Source of the DNA: Eledone cirrhosa
Lineage: Eukaryota
Assembly: GCA_964016885.1 (NCBI GenBank)
Contig: OZ024741.1
Coordinates: forward strand, 115,940,001 to 116,004,000
Length of the DNA stretch: 64,000 nt
Direction: 5' to 3'
Shown here in pieces: positions 12,596 to 27,332 of the stretch (position 1 is the stretch's first letter; each line of letters opens with the position of its first letter). A program made the translations under genes and the position numbers. Below the pieces are notes generated by a model. It was not told the origin of the DNA, ran no database searches, and saw only the letters and a list, made by a program, of their open reading frames with translations.

Positions 12596-12834
12596 TATAT
12601 ATATGTGTTTGTGTCTATATTGTATCTGTATTTTTTACCGTTGGTCAGTCAATGGCACCATTGAGGACCGAATAAATTAGATTACCGATATAAAAGACAC
12701 AGTAGCGAAAAGCGAAAACCAACCAAACAGTGAGTGTGTTCTGTTATTAATTCTGGCAACATTATACAAATATGACCCTCCCCAAGTATAACAATATTTG
12801 TTTCGACACACGACACACGATTTCATATAAAAAA

Positions 12835-12900
12835 CCTCGCAAAACTAATTCACCGCCGTTATATATATATATATAACGGCGGTGAATTAGTTTTGCGAGG
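12835..12900. repeat. 66-bp perfect palindrome centred on (AT)n
   Basis: CCTCGCAAAACTAATTCACCGCCGTT-(AT)n-AACGGCGGTGAATTAGTTTTGCGAGG. Confidence 0.9.
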
Positions 12901-13084
12901 GCGGTGGATTGGCAGTAACGGTAGAGGGTCGGACGCCATGCTTTCCAGCATAGTTACGTCCCTTTACGATCCGAGTTCAAATCCCGCCGAGGTTGACTTT
13001 GCCTTTCACCCTTACGAGGTCGATAAAATAAAGTACCAGTAATGCACTGGGTAATTGCTGGCCTTGTGTCTAAAGTAGAAACAG

Positions 13085-13088
<4 letters not shown>
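12899..13088 (+). mobile_element. tRNA-derived SINE, full length (~190 bp)
   Basis: A box TGGCAGTAACGG, B box GAGTTCAAATCC, tail CTGGCCTTGTG..AAAGTAGAAAC; more than 10 copies in the window. Confidence 0.88.
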
Positions 13089-13122
<34 letters not shown>

Positions 13123-13313
13123 TTTATCTCGGGAGTCAGTTCTTTCGTTGCTACAGACCCCGCGGCTGAATTACCGGTCGCTATCTTTAATTTGCAAAGC
13201 CCGTTAAACTATATTATTACTCTGAGTTCTATACCTTGTCGAGTGCTTGGCTGCACTGCTGAAAGCATTCTTCGGCATAGCTGCGGCTCGAGCTTCAAAT
13301 ATGCTCTACTTTC

Positions 13314-13807
<494 letters not shown>

Positions 13808-14468
13808 CATATATATATGTCTGTGTGTATATATATATATGTATCATAAATAATGCATATATGTTCACATATATATATATATATATATATTAATAAATAT
13901 ATATACATATATATACGTGTATGTGTGTGTGTGTGTTTGGGTATATTGTTGGTGTGTGGGTGTGTGTGAGAGTGTGTGTATGTGTGTGCGTGCGTGCATT
14001 GAGGTGGTGCTTGTGTATGTGCACTTGTGAGTGTATGTAACCAAATATTTTTGCTGTACAAATATGTAATACATTTCTTGCAATACATATTTTCTTTTTT
14101 TATGAATCGTCTGCCAAATGAAATATTTCAAACGACGCACTAAGAGCTAAGAGAGTAGTAGGGGAAATTGTTTAAACAATGTTTTCAGGTACTTTCCTTC
14201 AGGTTTCCTAGTACTATACGTACATATATATATGTATGTGTGTGTGTATATGCACACACACACACATACACTCACACATATGTATAACACATATAATATA
14301 AATATATACATAAAATTACGCATACCTACACACAAATATACACACTTATATATATATATATATATATTTATATATACCTATGTTCATGTATATATATACG
14401 CACATATATATATACACATACATATAAACACACACACACATATATATATATACATACACACACATATA

Positions 14469-14530
<62 letters not shown>

Positions 14531-14553
14531 GTATGTGTGTGTGTGTGTGTGTG

Positions 14554-14667
14554 TATAGGAAAAGAGTCAGGACCCCAACGGTTGAACTCCGGTCGTTTCA
14601 ACAGCGTCCGGATCTATCTGTCGAAACGGTCAGAACTCAGCCGTCGGGGTCCTGACACTTTTCCTAT
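14554..14667. repeat. Imperfect inverted repeat containing the 3' half of an HHR (PLE terminal-repeat-like)
   Basis: ATAGGAAAAGAGTCAGGACCCC...GGGGTCCTGACACTTTTCCTAT; GAAAC-GG...CC-GTC at 14623-14645; homolog at 27060-27240 (minus). Confidence 0.7.
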
Positions 14668-14747
14668 TATCCACTCTACTACACTAAGTATTGAGTACTC
14701 TGGTGCGTTATGGTCCACCTGGAATGTTACCACACCCTCTTTGTTAA

Positions 14748-14788
<41 letters not shown>

Positions 14789-14895
14789 TATATACATAGG
14801 GATTGTAACGTCCAGATACTGTAGATTCACCAGAATGAGCACCCGATGCGTAGTTTCCAGTTCGTATGGAGCTGTAGTACTAAGTAAAGTGTAAT

Positions 14896-15085
14896 AATTG
14901 TTTCTACTTTTGGTACAAGGCCAGCAATTATACCAGTGTATTACTGGTACTTTATTTTATCGACCCCGTAAGGATGAAATGCAAAGTTAACGTCGGCGGG
15001 ATTTGAACTCATACCATAAAGGGCCGTAACTCTTTGCTGCAAAGCATGGCATCAGACCCTTTTCCGATACTGCCAATCCACCGCC
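14896..15085 (-). mobile_element. tRNA-derived SINE, full length
   Basis: Same consensus; TSD GTGTAATAAT. A 5'-truncated plus-strand copy follows at 15144-15258. Confidence 0.88.
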
Positions 15086-15279
15086 AAGGAGTGTGTAATA
15101 ATAAACGCAATGAAGACATAACAAAACGTCCTTGTTATTATTAGAGTTCAAATCCCGCCAGGTTAGCGTTGTTTTCCATCCTTACGGGGTCGATAAAATA
15201 AAGCACCATTAATGCACTGGGGTAATTACTGGCCTTGTGCCAAAAGCAGAAACATTATATATATATATGTATATATATA

Positions 15280-15355
<76 letters not shown>

Positions 15356-15517
15356 TATATATAAATATATGCATGGCTATGATTTTTAACTCTTAATAAT
15401 CCATCTATTACTCGCCAACAGTCTATTCTTCACTACCCCTCTGTTGACCGTAAAACCTTGCTTTCGAAAATTGTAACTGGTAGCGATCAGTTCGGGGAAT
15501 CAGTGCTACACCGAGGG

Positions 15518-15609
15518 AGTCTCTTGATAAGCCGACTATCTCACAGTTTAGGTGCAATTTAACTGCATCTTAGCTCCACTCCTGCGGGCGAAACTGCTCA
15601 ATCGGGACT
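15518..15609 (+). ncRNA. Degenerate type I hammerhead ribozyme
   Basis: AGTCTC / TTGATAA / GCC...GGC / GAAAC...TC / GGGACT: stems I and II retained, core mutated from CTGATGA. Confidence 0.5.
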
Positions 15610-15790
15610 ACGAGGAAAAATTAGGTAAATGTTGTCTATTTATTCTTAACACTTATAAATATATATATAGTTTTGATTAATTTATTATTTATTTAATTCA
15701 TTCGTGGTTAGCTACGAAGAAAAATTGGGTAAAATTGGGTAAAATTGGTCTTTACACTTACAATTTCATATGGGTCGGATTAATTGATTA

Positions 15791-16900
15791 CACCGTGTAA
15801 CATATTTTTGTTCCTCGGTTCTAAGTGTCATTTCATGGTTTGTTATATCCCATTATTATTTTAAAAAACACTATTATTTAATAAGAAGTTTGGGTTTGTG
15901 GTCAGGAGTTTGATATTTCGAAATTTTCATATTTTTCAAGAAAAATCACATTTCAAAAAAAATTTATCAGTTCATATAATTAAATCAACAGAGTATATAT
16001 TTATTTTATTACACAAGCTTATCAAAAGCAAACAAGTAAAAACAAATAACACTTATAAAGCAACTTATACAGGTCAGAAATGACTGGATTTCCTGGATTT
16101 GTGGTTGTAGTCCAGGTCGCATGCCCGCACTAGCCCCCAGATATAGTCCCCCATCATTTTTTCATTGTAGTGGCCCTGGTACCTCCGCTCTATCTCTTTC
16201 ACATCTTGGTGGAATCGTTCGCCTTGTTCTTCTGAGTAGACGCCCATATTGACCTTGAACTTTTCCAGGTGAGCGTCCATCGTATGGAGTTTAAGCGACA
16301 TCCTGCATCCCATGGCGCCAAAGGCCTTTATCAGATCCTGCACCAGTTGCTGGTAGTTTTCAGCTCTGTAGTTGCCCAGAAAGCCCTTAACAACTGCCTT
16401 GAAACAGTTCCATGCTGTTCTCTCAAACCTATTGAGCTTATTGGAGAACTCGGTAGACTCAAACACCTTCTTTATCTGAGGTCCAACAAAAATTCCACCT
16501 TTGATTTTGGCTTCAGATAACTTGGGGAAGAACTCAAGAAGGTACCTAAAAGCGGCTGATTCTTGGTTGAGAGCCTTCACAAACTGCTTCATCAACCCCA
16601 ACTTAATGTGCAGTGGCGGCATGAGCACAATCCTAGGATGAACCAGTGGCTCCCACATGACGTTCCGGGTCCCAACTACAAATTCTGTTCTTTCAACTAC
16701 AATTCAGTTCTTTCTTTTGTAGTGGTCAGAGCTGGCTCTGCTGTCCCAAAGGCAGAGGAAGCATTGGAATTTGATAAAGCCTCCTTTCAGTCCAAGCAGG
16801 AAATCCACCATCTTGAAGTCTCAATGATTTCCTAATTGTACTGGTTGTATTTCAGAGCTTCCAAGAGGACTTTCACACTGTAGTAATCTTCCTTCAGGCA
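15791..16900 (-). mobile_element. Chapaev-like (CMC) DNA transposon remnant with transposase C-terminus (16074-16658)
   Basis: PPLHIKLGLMKQFVKAL, GIFVGPQI, MSLKLH, SEEQGERFHQD, MMGDY; probable terminus CACCGTGTAACA at 15791. Superfamily assigned from recalled motifs. Confidence 0.75.
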
Positions 16901-17187
16901 GATTTTTTAAGGTGCTTCTACGAGATCCCAAATCTTTTACTTTTAATGCGTAAATTACAAATTATCTAATTTTTAACCTTCAATCCCTGACTCTTAGGCC
17001 CTTTTCAAATTCTCTTAACTCCCCATAACCCATCCCTTTTACAACTCCGAAAACTAATATAAAAGAGCCCCCTTAGAATATAGACCCCAAATATACAAGC
17101 GGAGCTGCTGATGTATACCACAATTTCAAACTGCTAATCTTAAGTGAAACGTTGATGTAAATAATGAACTTGCAATCACATGTTATA

Positions 17188-17234
17188 TGCCTTGAAACGT
17201 CCCACCATATGGTCGGACGAAACGGCTGTCGGCA
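17188..17234 (+). ncRNA. Degenerate type I hammerhead ribozyme followed by AATAAA
   Basis: TGCC / ttgaaac / GTCC...GGAC / GAAAC-ggct-GTC / GGCA: all three stems present, CUGANGA box corrupted. Confidence 0.55.
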
Positions 17235-17289
17235 ATAAACTTGTTATAATGTTCTTTTTCATGTGTATATATATATATATATATATATA

Positions 17290-19146
<1,857 letters not shown>

Positions 19147-19665
19147 CGCAAGGTTTTTGATATGAAATCGTGCGTTGAAACAAATAATTTTATATTTGGG
19201 GAGGACCATATTGTTATAACATTGCCAGAAGTAATAATAAAAAACGAAACAGTGATTGTGTTCTATTACTATTTGTGTTCTATTACTATTTTTGTTGGAC
19301 AAAAAGTGGACGTGGTTGCCTAAACACTGTACGGCGTAATTCGGGCTGTTTGTTTACAAACAAACAAAAAACCGAGCATTATAATAAATTGTCGGTAAAC
19401 CCATACGTGCATATATATATGTGTGCATGTATGTATTTATATATACATACTACTGTACGTCTGTATACATATATGTACGTATACATACATACATACATAC
19501 TTACATTTAAGTAAGTGCCGTACTAAGAGTGAGAAATGAAATTTCGTTTCATTCTATTCCATTTATCGTTTTCAGTGTGCCCGGCCGACTGAACTCACTC
19601 GATATGCAAATTAGGCTGATCAGCCGCTAATATGCAAGACGTTCGACCATCTGGCAGGAAGGTAT

Positions 19666-19709
19666 ACGATGCTGATGAATAGCTAATAAGCTTGAAACTA
19701 GTACATCGT
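19666..19709 (+). ncRNA. Type I hammerhead ribozyme, unit 1
   Basis: ACGATG / CTGATGA / atAGCT-aata-AGCTt / GAAAC-ta-GTA / CATCGT. Confidence 0.85.
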
Positions 19710-20115
19710 TCCTGTGTCAGTGTTGAACAAAAAGGTGACGTGGTTGCTTAACACTGTACGGCGTAATTCGGGCTGTTTGTTTGTTTAGAAACAAAGAAAC
19801 CGAGCATTATAATAAATGTTCGGTGAACCGATACGTGCATATATATATATGTGTGCATGTATGTATATATATATACATACTACTGTACGTCTGTATACAT
19901 ATATGTATGTACGTATACATACATACATACTTAGATTTAAGTAAGTGCTGTATTAAGAGCGAGAAATGAAATTTCATTTCATTCTATTCCATTTATCGTT
20001 TTCGGTGTGCGCGGCCGACTGAACTCACTTGATATGCAAATTAGGCTGCTCAGCCGTTAGTATGCATAAGGAAAGTATATACTTTCAGACGTTCAACCAT
20101 CTGGCAGGAAGGTAT

Positions 20116-20158
20116 ACGATGCTGACGATAGCTAATAAGCTTGAAACTAGTACATCGT
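20116..20158 (+). ncRNA. Type I hammerhead ribozyme, unit 2
   Basis: ACGATG / CTGACGA / tAGCT-aata-AGCTt / GAAAC-ta-GTA / CATCGT. Confidence 0.87.
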
Positions 20159-20557
20159 TCCTGAGTCAGTGTTGAACAAAAAGGTGATGTGGTTGCCTAA
20201 ATACTGTACGGCGTAATTTGGGCTGTTTGTTTGTTTACAAACAAACAAACCGAGCATTACAAAAAATGTTCGGTAAACCGATACGTGCATATATATATGT
20301 GTGCATGTATGTATATATATACATACTACTGTACGTCAGTATACATATATGTATGTACGTATACATACATAATTACATTTAAGTAAGTGCCGTACTAAGA
20401 GTCAGAAATGAAATTTAGTTTCATTCTATTCCATTTATCGTTTTCGGTATGCCCGCCCGACTGAACTCACTCGATATGCAAATTAGGCTGCTCAGCCGTT
20501 AGTATGCATAAGGAAAGTATATACTTTCAGACGTTTAACCATCTGGCAGGAAGGTAT

Positions 20558-20600
20558 AATATGTTGACGATAACTAATAAGCTTGAAACTAGTACATCGT
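20558..20600 (+). ncRNA. Mutated hammerhead ribozyme, unit 3
   Basis: Core TTGACGA (C3 to U); stems I and II damaged. Confidence 0.7.
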
Positions 20601-20963
20601 TCCTGTGTCAGTGTTGAACAAAAAGGTGACCTGGTTGCCTAAACACTGTACGGCGTAATTCGGGCTGTTTGTTTGTTTACTAACAAACAAACCGAGCATT
20701 ATAATAAATGTTCGGTAAACCGATACGTGCATATATATATGTGTGCATGTATGTATATATATACATACTACTGTACGTCTGTATACATATATGTATGTAC
20801 GTATACATACATACATGAGAAATGAAATTTCGTTTCATTCTATTCCATTTATATATACACATATATATATATATATACATGAGTCCCGAATTCAATCGGG
20901 GGTAAACGCAATAAGTAAGGTGCTCGACACATTAGTACAGTGTAAACATCATCTTTAATATAG

Positions 20964-21559
20964 AACATATATATCTGCTAGCGTAGGTATGCATCTGTAT
21001 ACATATGTCGGTAGATATATTAATTCTTTATATTCTACTCCAAATTATTTGTTGAGCAAAATTTGCCAAATTACTACTGTGACTGATAGTAGTGGCTAGG
21101 CTCTGTCTTAATAGCACCCCCACTCCAAGCTGGTTAACCTCAGTGTCACGTGATTAATTCTTTTGAATTTGCCACTTGACCAAGAAGGCAGCGAATTTTT
21201 CAGTTTCTTAGAATCTAGCCCCGCTCGATTTTTTCGCTTTTTTCCATCCACTGAATTATTGTTATATAAGCTTCCAGTGTCCCCGCATTGCCTGGTGGCT
21301 TAGCTGAGAATAGACTCCCTGATGACGTAAGGCTTCTCTACAGGTATTACATAACTGTATTTATCCCCTTACAGAAACTAATTAGTTGGAGTGAAATTTT
21401 AGTAAGTAATTCAATTTTCATAACTTTCTTATTTACGTCTTTCATATAATTGTTCTGCATTCCCCGGCATAGAACTACAACGTTACTAAGACAAAACATA
21501 TATATCTGCTAGCGTAGGTATGCATCTGTATACACATGTCGGTATATATATTAATTCTT
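20964..21559 (+). mobile_element. ~531-nt HHR-bearing monomer with ~65-nt terminal direct repeat (another retrozyme/pLTR-like family)
   Basis: AACATATATATCTGCTAGCGTAGGTATGCATCTGTATAC...ATTAATTCTT at 20964 and 21495. Confidence 0.75.
21314..21392 (+). ncRNA. Type I hammerhead ribozyme with long stem II
   Basis: ACTCC / CTGATGA / cGTAAGG...CCTTACa / GAAA-CTAATTAG-TT / GGAGT; palindromic stem III. Confidence 0.75.
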
Positions 21560-21655
21560 AATATTTATATATATATATGTATATATGTATATATATATGT
21601 ATATATATGTATATATATATATATGTATATATATGTATATATATATATATGTATA

Positions 21656-21729
<74 letters not shown>

Positions 21730-21790
21730 ATATATATACATATATGTATGTATATATGTATATATGTATGTATATATAGTGTATTTTGCA

Positions 21791-21955
21791 ATACACTGTA
21801 TTCCTAATTGTTTCTACTATTGGCACAAGGCCAGCAATTAACCAGTACATTACTGGTACTTTGTTTTACGGGGTCGATAAAATAAAGTACCAGTAATGTA
21901 CTGGGCAATTGCTGGCCTTGTGCCAATAGTAGAAACAATTAGGCATACAGTGTAC
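21791..21955. repeat. Inverted pair of SINE tails including duplicated flank
   Basis: TACACTGTATTCCTAATTGTTTCTACT...AGTAGAAACAATTAGGCATACAGTGTA. Confidence 0.8.
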
Positions 21956-22391
21956 TAAGAGTGAGAAATGAAATTTCGTTTTCATTTTATTACAACTGAT
22001 CGTTTTCGGTACGCCTGGCCGACATAACTCACTCGATATGCAAATTAGGCTTCTCAGCCGTTAATTTACATAAGGAAAGTATATACTTTCGAACGTTCAA
22101 CCATCTGGCAGAAGGGTATACGGTGCTGATGATAGCTAACAAGCTTGAAACTAGTACATCGTTCCTGTGTCAGTGTTGAACAAAAAGGTGACGTGGTTGC
22201 CTTAACACCGTACGGCATAAATTCAGGCTGTTCAGTTTGTTTACAAACGAACAAAGCGGGCGCTATAATAAGCGTCCGCTAAACTGATACGTACATATAT
22301 GTATGTGTACCTGTATGTATATATATATATGTGTATATGCATGCTACTGTACGTCTGTATACATATATGTATGTACGTATACATACATACT

Positions 22392-22395
<4 letters not shown>
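21951..22395 (+). mobile_element. Solo ~445-nt retrozyme monomer with intact-looking HHR (22120-22162)
   Basis: ACGGTG / CTGATGA / tAGCT-aaca-AGCTt / GAAAC-ta-GTA / CATCGT; octamer at 22038-22045. Confidence 0.85.
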
Positions 22396-22428
<33 letters not shown>

Positions 22429-22442
22429 CCAACGCATGCGGT

Positions 22443-22478
<36 letters not shown>

Positions 22479-22741
22479 CCAACGCGTGCGGTAGGTATAT
22501 ATATATATATATATATTAACTAGAAATAGATTGACACATATATATATATAAAATAAACACATGAAACAATCTCAGGGAATAATTTGTAAAGTGTGTAAGC
22601 ACACATAGCTAGGCAGGTAACCAATTAAAGTTTATATATATATATACAGTTATATCTGCATAAGTATAGAAGGGGTAACTGAAATTGCACCAGCGTCTAT
22701 ATAAACACACACACACACACACACGCACACGCACACACACG

Positions 22742-22782
<41 letters not shown>

Positions 22783-22796
22783 CCTTTCTCTCTATT

Positions 22797-23015
22797 ATTA
22801 GTTTCTTATATAGGCACAAGGCCAGTGATTTTGGGGAAGGGGAAAGTCGATTAAATCGACCCCAGTGCGTGACTAGTACTTTATTTCATTGACCCCGTGA
22901 GGATGAAAGGCAAAGTTAACCTCGGCGGGATTTGAAATCAGATCATAAAGGGCCGTAACTCTTTGCTGCAAAGCATGGCGTCCGACTCTCTACCGATACT
23001 GCCAATCGACCGCCC
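22797..23015 (-). mobile_element. tRNA-derived SINE (longer variant)
   Basis: Consensus match; TSD TCCTTTCTCTCTATTATTA. Confidence 0.85.
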
Positions 23016-23484
23016 TCCTTTCTCTCTATTATTAGAAAGAAATTTCAATCAGTCTCTCTGGACCATTTAAAAAAAAATAAATGTAAGAAATGCTTTTAAT
23101 CCTTTGTCGTTGGTTTTGCGTTCTGTCCATAATATTTTCTCTAAACCATTTTTTATAATCACATTTCTAAAATATTAATACGAATCCTACATGTCACTTT
23201 AATATCCTTTAATAGTCGTTTTCTGCCATAATATTAATTTTCGTAAGGTCAGCACGTTTGACATGTTATCAAACGAAGATCTTAGTATCTCAATCTTTCT
23301 TTTGATTTCTGCTTCACATCTTTTTTATGATTGAAATATAGCTCAAATATATAACCTTGGGTGCCTGTTCAATATCCCAGGTATTTTAACTTCGTCCGCT
23401 TTTACATTAGTTTTCTCGCAATCTATTTTTGATTAAATAAAAAATAAATAAATAATTTTCGCTCTACATGGCTGAATATAATAA

Positions 23485-24107
23485 ATGTAATCTGAGTTTT
23501 TCGAATATTAATAATAACATTCGATTCGTTTGCAATTATACAAACAAGCCTCATTTTTATAGCCATGTCAGTAGAATGAACCCTTCATTCTCGTTCTTGT
23601 GTTGTCATGTAAACAGAACTGCAGACACTAATCTTTCTGGGTAGCACTCTTCATCAGTACAGCTCACTGGTCACCTGCCAAACTGCCAGAGCTAGTGAAA
23701 ATATATGCTATTTTCTAAAATATACAGTGACTGATAGGCCTGATTTGCATATTAGCAGACTGGCTGATCAGTCAGATTTGCATATTAGCAGATCCACTGA
23801 TCAGCCAGATTTGCATATCAGCAGACTGGCCAGTCTGCTGATATGCAAATCAGGCCAATCAGCCACTGTATATTATAGAAAATAGCATATATTTTCACTA
23901 GCTCTGGCAGTTGGCAGGTGAACAGTGAGCTGTACTTATGAAGGGTGATACCCAGAAAGATTAGTGTCTGCGGTCCTGTTTACATGCCAACACAAGAGCA
24001 AGAATGAATGGTTCATTCGACTGACATGGCTAAAAAAATGAGGGTTGTTTGTATAATTGCAAACGAATCGAATGTTATTATTAATATTCGAAAAACTCAG
24101 ATTACAT
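23485..24107. repeat. ~620-bp inverted repeat: head-to-head pair of HHR-bearing units with a central octamer cluster
   Basis: Arms are reverse complements around GCAGACTGGCCAGTCTGC. HHR-like motifs at 23604-23679 (minus, CTGATGA) and 23913-23988 (plus, CTTATGA). Four ATTTGCAT/ATGCAAAT in 23740-23850. Confidence 0.85.
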
Positions 24108-24306
24108 GTATTTTTTATTAGAATTATTTTTCTTTTCGATGACCATTGTTTGTTTTTATTTCACATCAATTTCCATTCAATACGACATTCTCCTGACATT
24201 TACGACAGCTGCGAGGTTAATTGTGTTAAATGTTAATAAGGCAGCATCGTCTGTTAATAGTCATCCCTCTTACTGACACTCTGAAATAGCATAAAATTCG
24301 TCTCCG

Positions 24307-25980
<1,674 letters not shown>

Positions 25981-26409
25981 TCCATCCGCACACACACGCA
26001 CGCACACACATACACACACACACACACGCGCGCGCATGCTCACGCGAACACTAACATACAGACAGAATACACACACGCACGCACACACATACACACACAC
26101 ACACGCGCGCGCATGCTCACGCGAACACTAACATACAGACAGAATACACTCACACACTTCTCCGTATAAGACAAGCGCTGAAAAGTATGTTTCAACAGGT
26201 TGAAATAACCCCCCCCACACACACACACACACACACATACACACACGTACACACACATTCCTACTGACCGATTCATTTCCATTATCGCAACAATGAACCA
26301 CTTTACTAACCCCCCCCCCCCACACACACACACGTACACACACATTCCTATTGACCGATTCATTTCCATTATCACAAAAATGAACCACTTTGCTACACAC
26401 TCACACACA

Positions 26410-26901
26410 TATTTGTCTTAATAGACACCTGAATTGTTGACCTCTCAACATGGCTGCAACTCAGTCAAGCGGAAAAGGACACTCTTCGATAAACCTACAT
26501 TTGGCGCGAAACCAGCTCGCGCTAAAATCAATTTAAACATGCACGTGACTTCTACCGACCAATCAAAATTATTTTGGCTACAAGAATTTTTGCAACACGA
26601 ATTGGCGCGAAATTTATAGTGCTTATTCACGTGACATTCAACAACCAACCAAATCTTAATACCTTCCAAGCCACTTTTTTCACATAAAACAGAAAGAATT
26701 TCCAAAACGGATCAGATTAGAGCAAAAATCACGAGTACTCTAACTCAAAATTATTTTTGAAAAGCATAAGAAATGCGCAACCGGTAAAAACTTAAAACTA
26801 AAACTGAATACTAACTAATACTTATTACTAATTTATACTTATTCCTAATTAAACTATTTTTCACTGGGAAAAATTTTTCAGCATTTTCTTTTTTCTTTTT
26901 A

Positions 26902-26905
<4 letters not shown>
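26410..26905. repeat. Unclassified interspersed repeat (reverse-complement copy at 33345-33535)
   Basis: CAGATTAGAGCAAA...GAAATGCGCAACCGGTAAAA...CTTATTCCTAATTAAACTATTTTTCA present in both orientations. Confidence 0.7.
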
Positions 26906-26991
<86 letters not shown>

Positions 26992-27332
26992 TTTCGTTTC
27001 TGAACTTGGCAACATGACCCTCCCTAATATAACAATATATATATATAACGAAGGAATTGTGGTAAGGAACCAGATGGACCATAACGCACCAGAGTACTCA
27101 ATACTTAGGGTAGTAGAGTGGGTAATAGGAAAAAGTATGACCTCGACGGAAGAGCTCAAGCCGTTTCGATGTCTATTTCTGGACTAAATTAGAATTTTTA
27201 GCTTGGTAAATAAATAGCCGAACTTGTCAAGTGGTACTTCCTTATATGGGAAGAGTGTAGTTGTCGATAGGATTGGTCAAAATTTGTTGTAAACACAAAT
27301 AAGTCTATCCTTTGGTGGGAGGTAGGAGTGAC

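Larger units (their letters stand above)
10448..12600 (+). mobile_element. Penelope-like element (RT plus GIY-YIG), 5'-truncated, with 3' HHR-like motif
   Basis: SMDVVSLYPSI, YTQNEGAAIG, RYVDDI, LPVLD; GIY-YIG VVYSIRC...YIDETARSIGER interrupted by a stop at 11982. Confidence 0.9.
19300..20855 (+). mobile_element. Tandem array (~3.5 units of ~445 nt) of an HHR-containing non-coding element (non-LTR retrozyme-like)
   Basis: Near-identical units; predicted cleavage sites after 19703, 20152 and 20594 (spacing 449 and 442 nt). Confidence 0.88.

Noticed and set aside
12899-12990. tRNA gene
   Set aside because: A and B boxes belong to a SINE head; no full cloverleaf.
23740-23850. ~33-bp repeats as a CRISPR-like array
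   Set aside because: No unique spacers, no cas genes, eukaryotic context; simple tandem duplication.
25990-26400. Short direct duplications within CA-rich sequence (also 22425-22500)
   Set aside because: Consistent with microsatellite-associated slippage; no functional motif.
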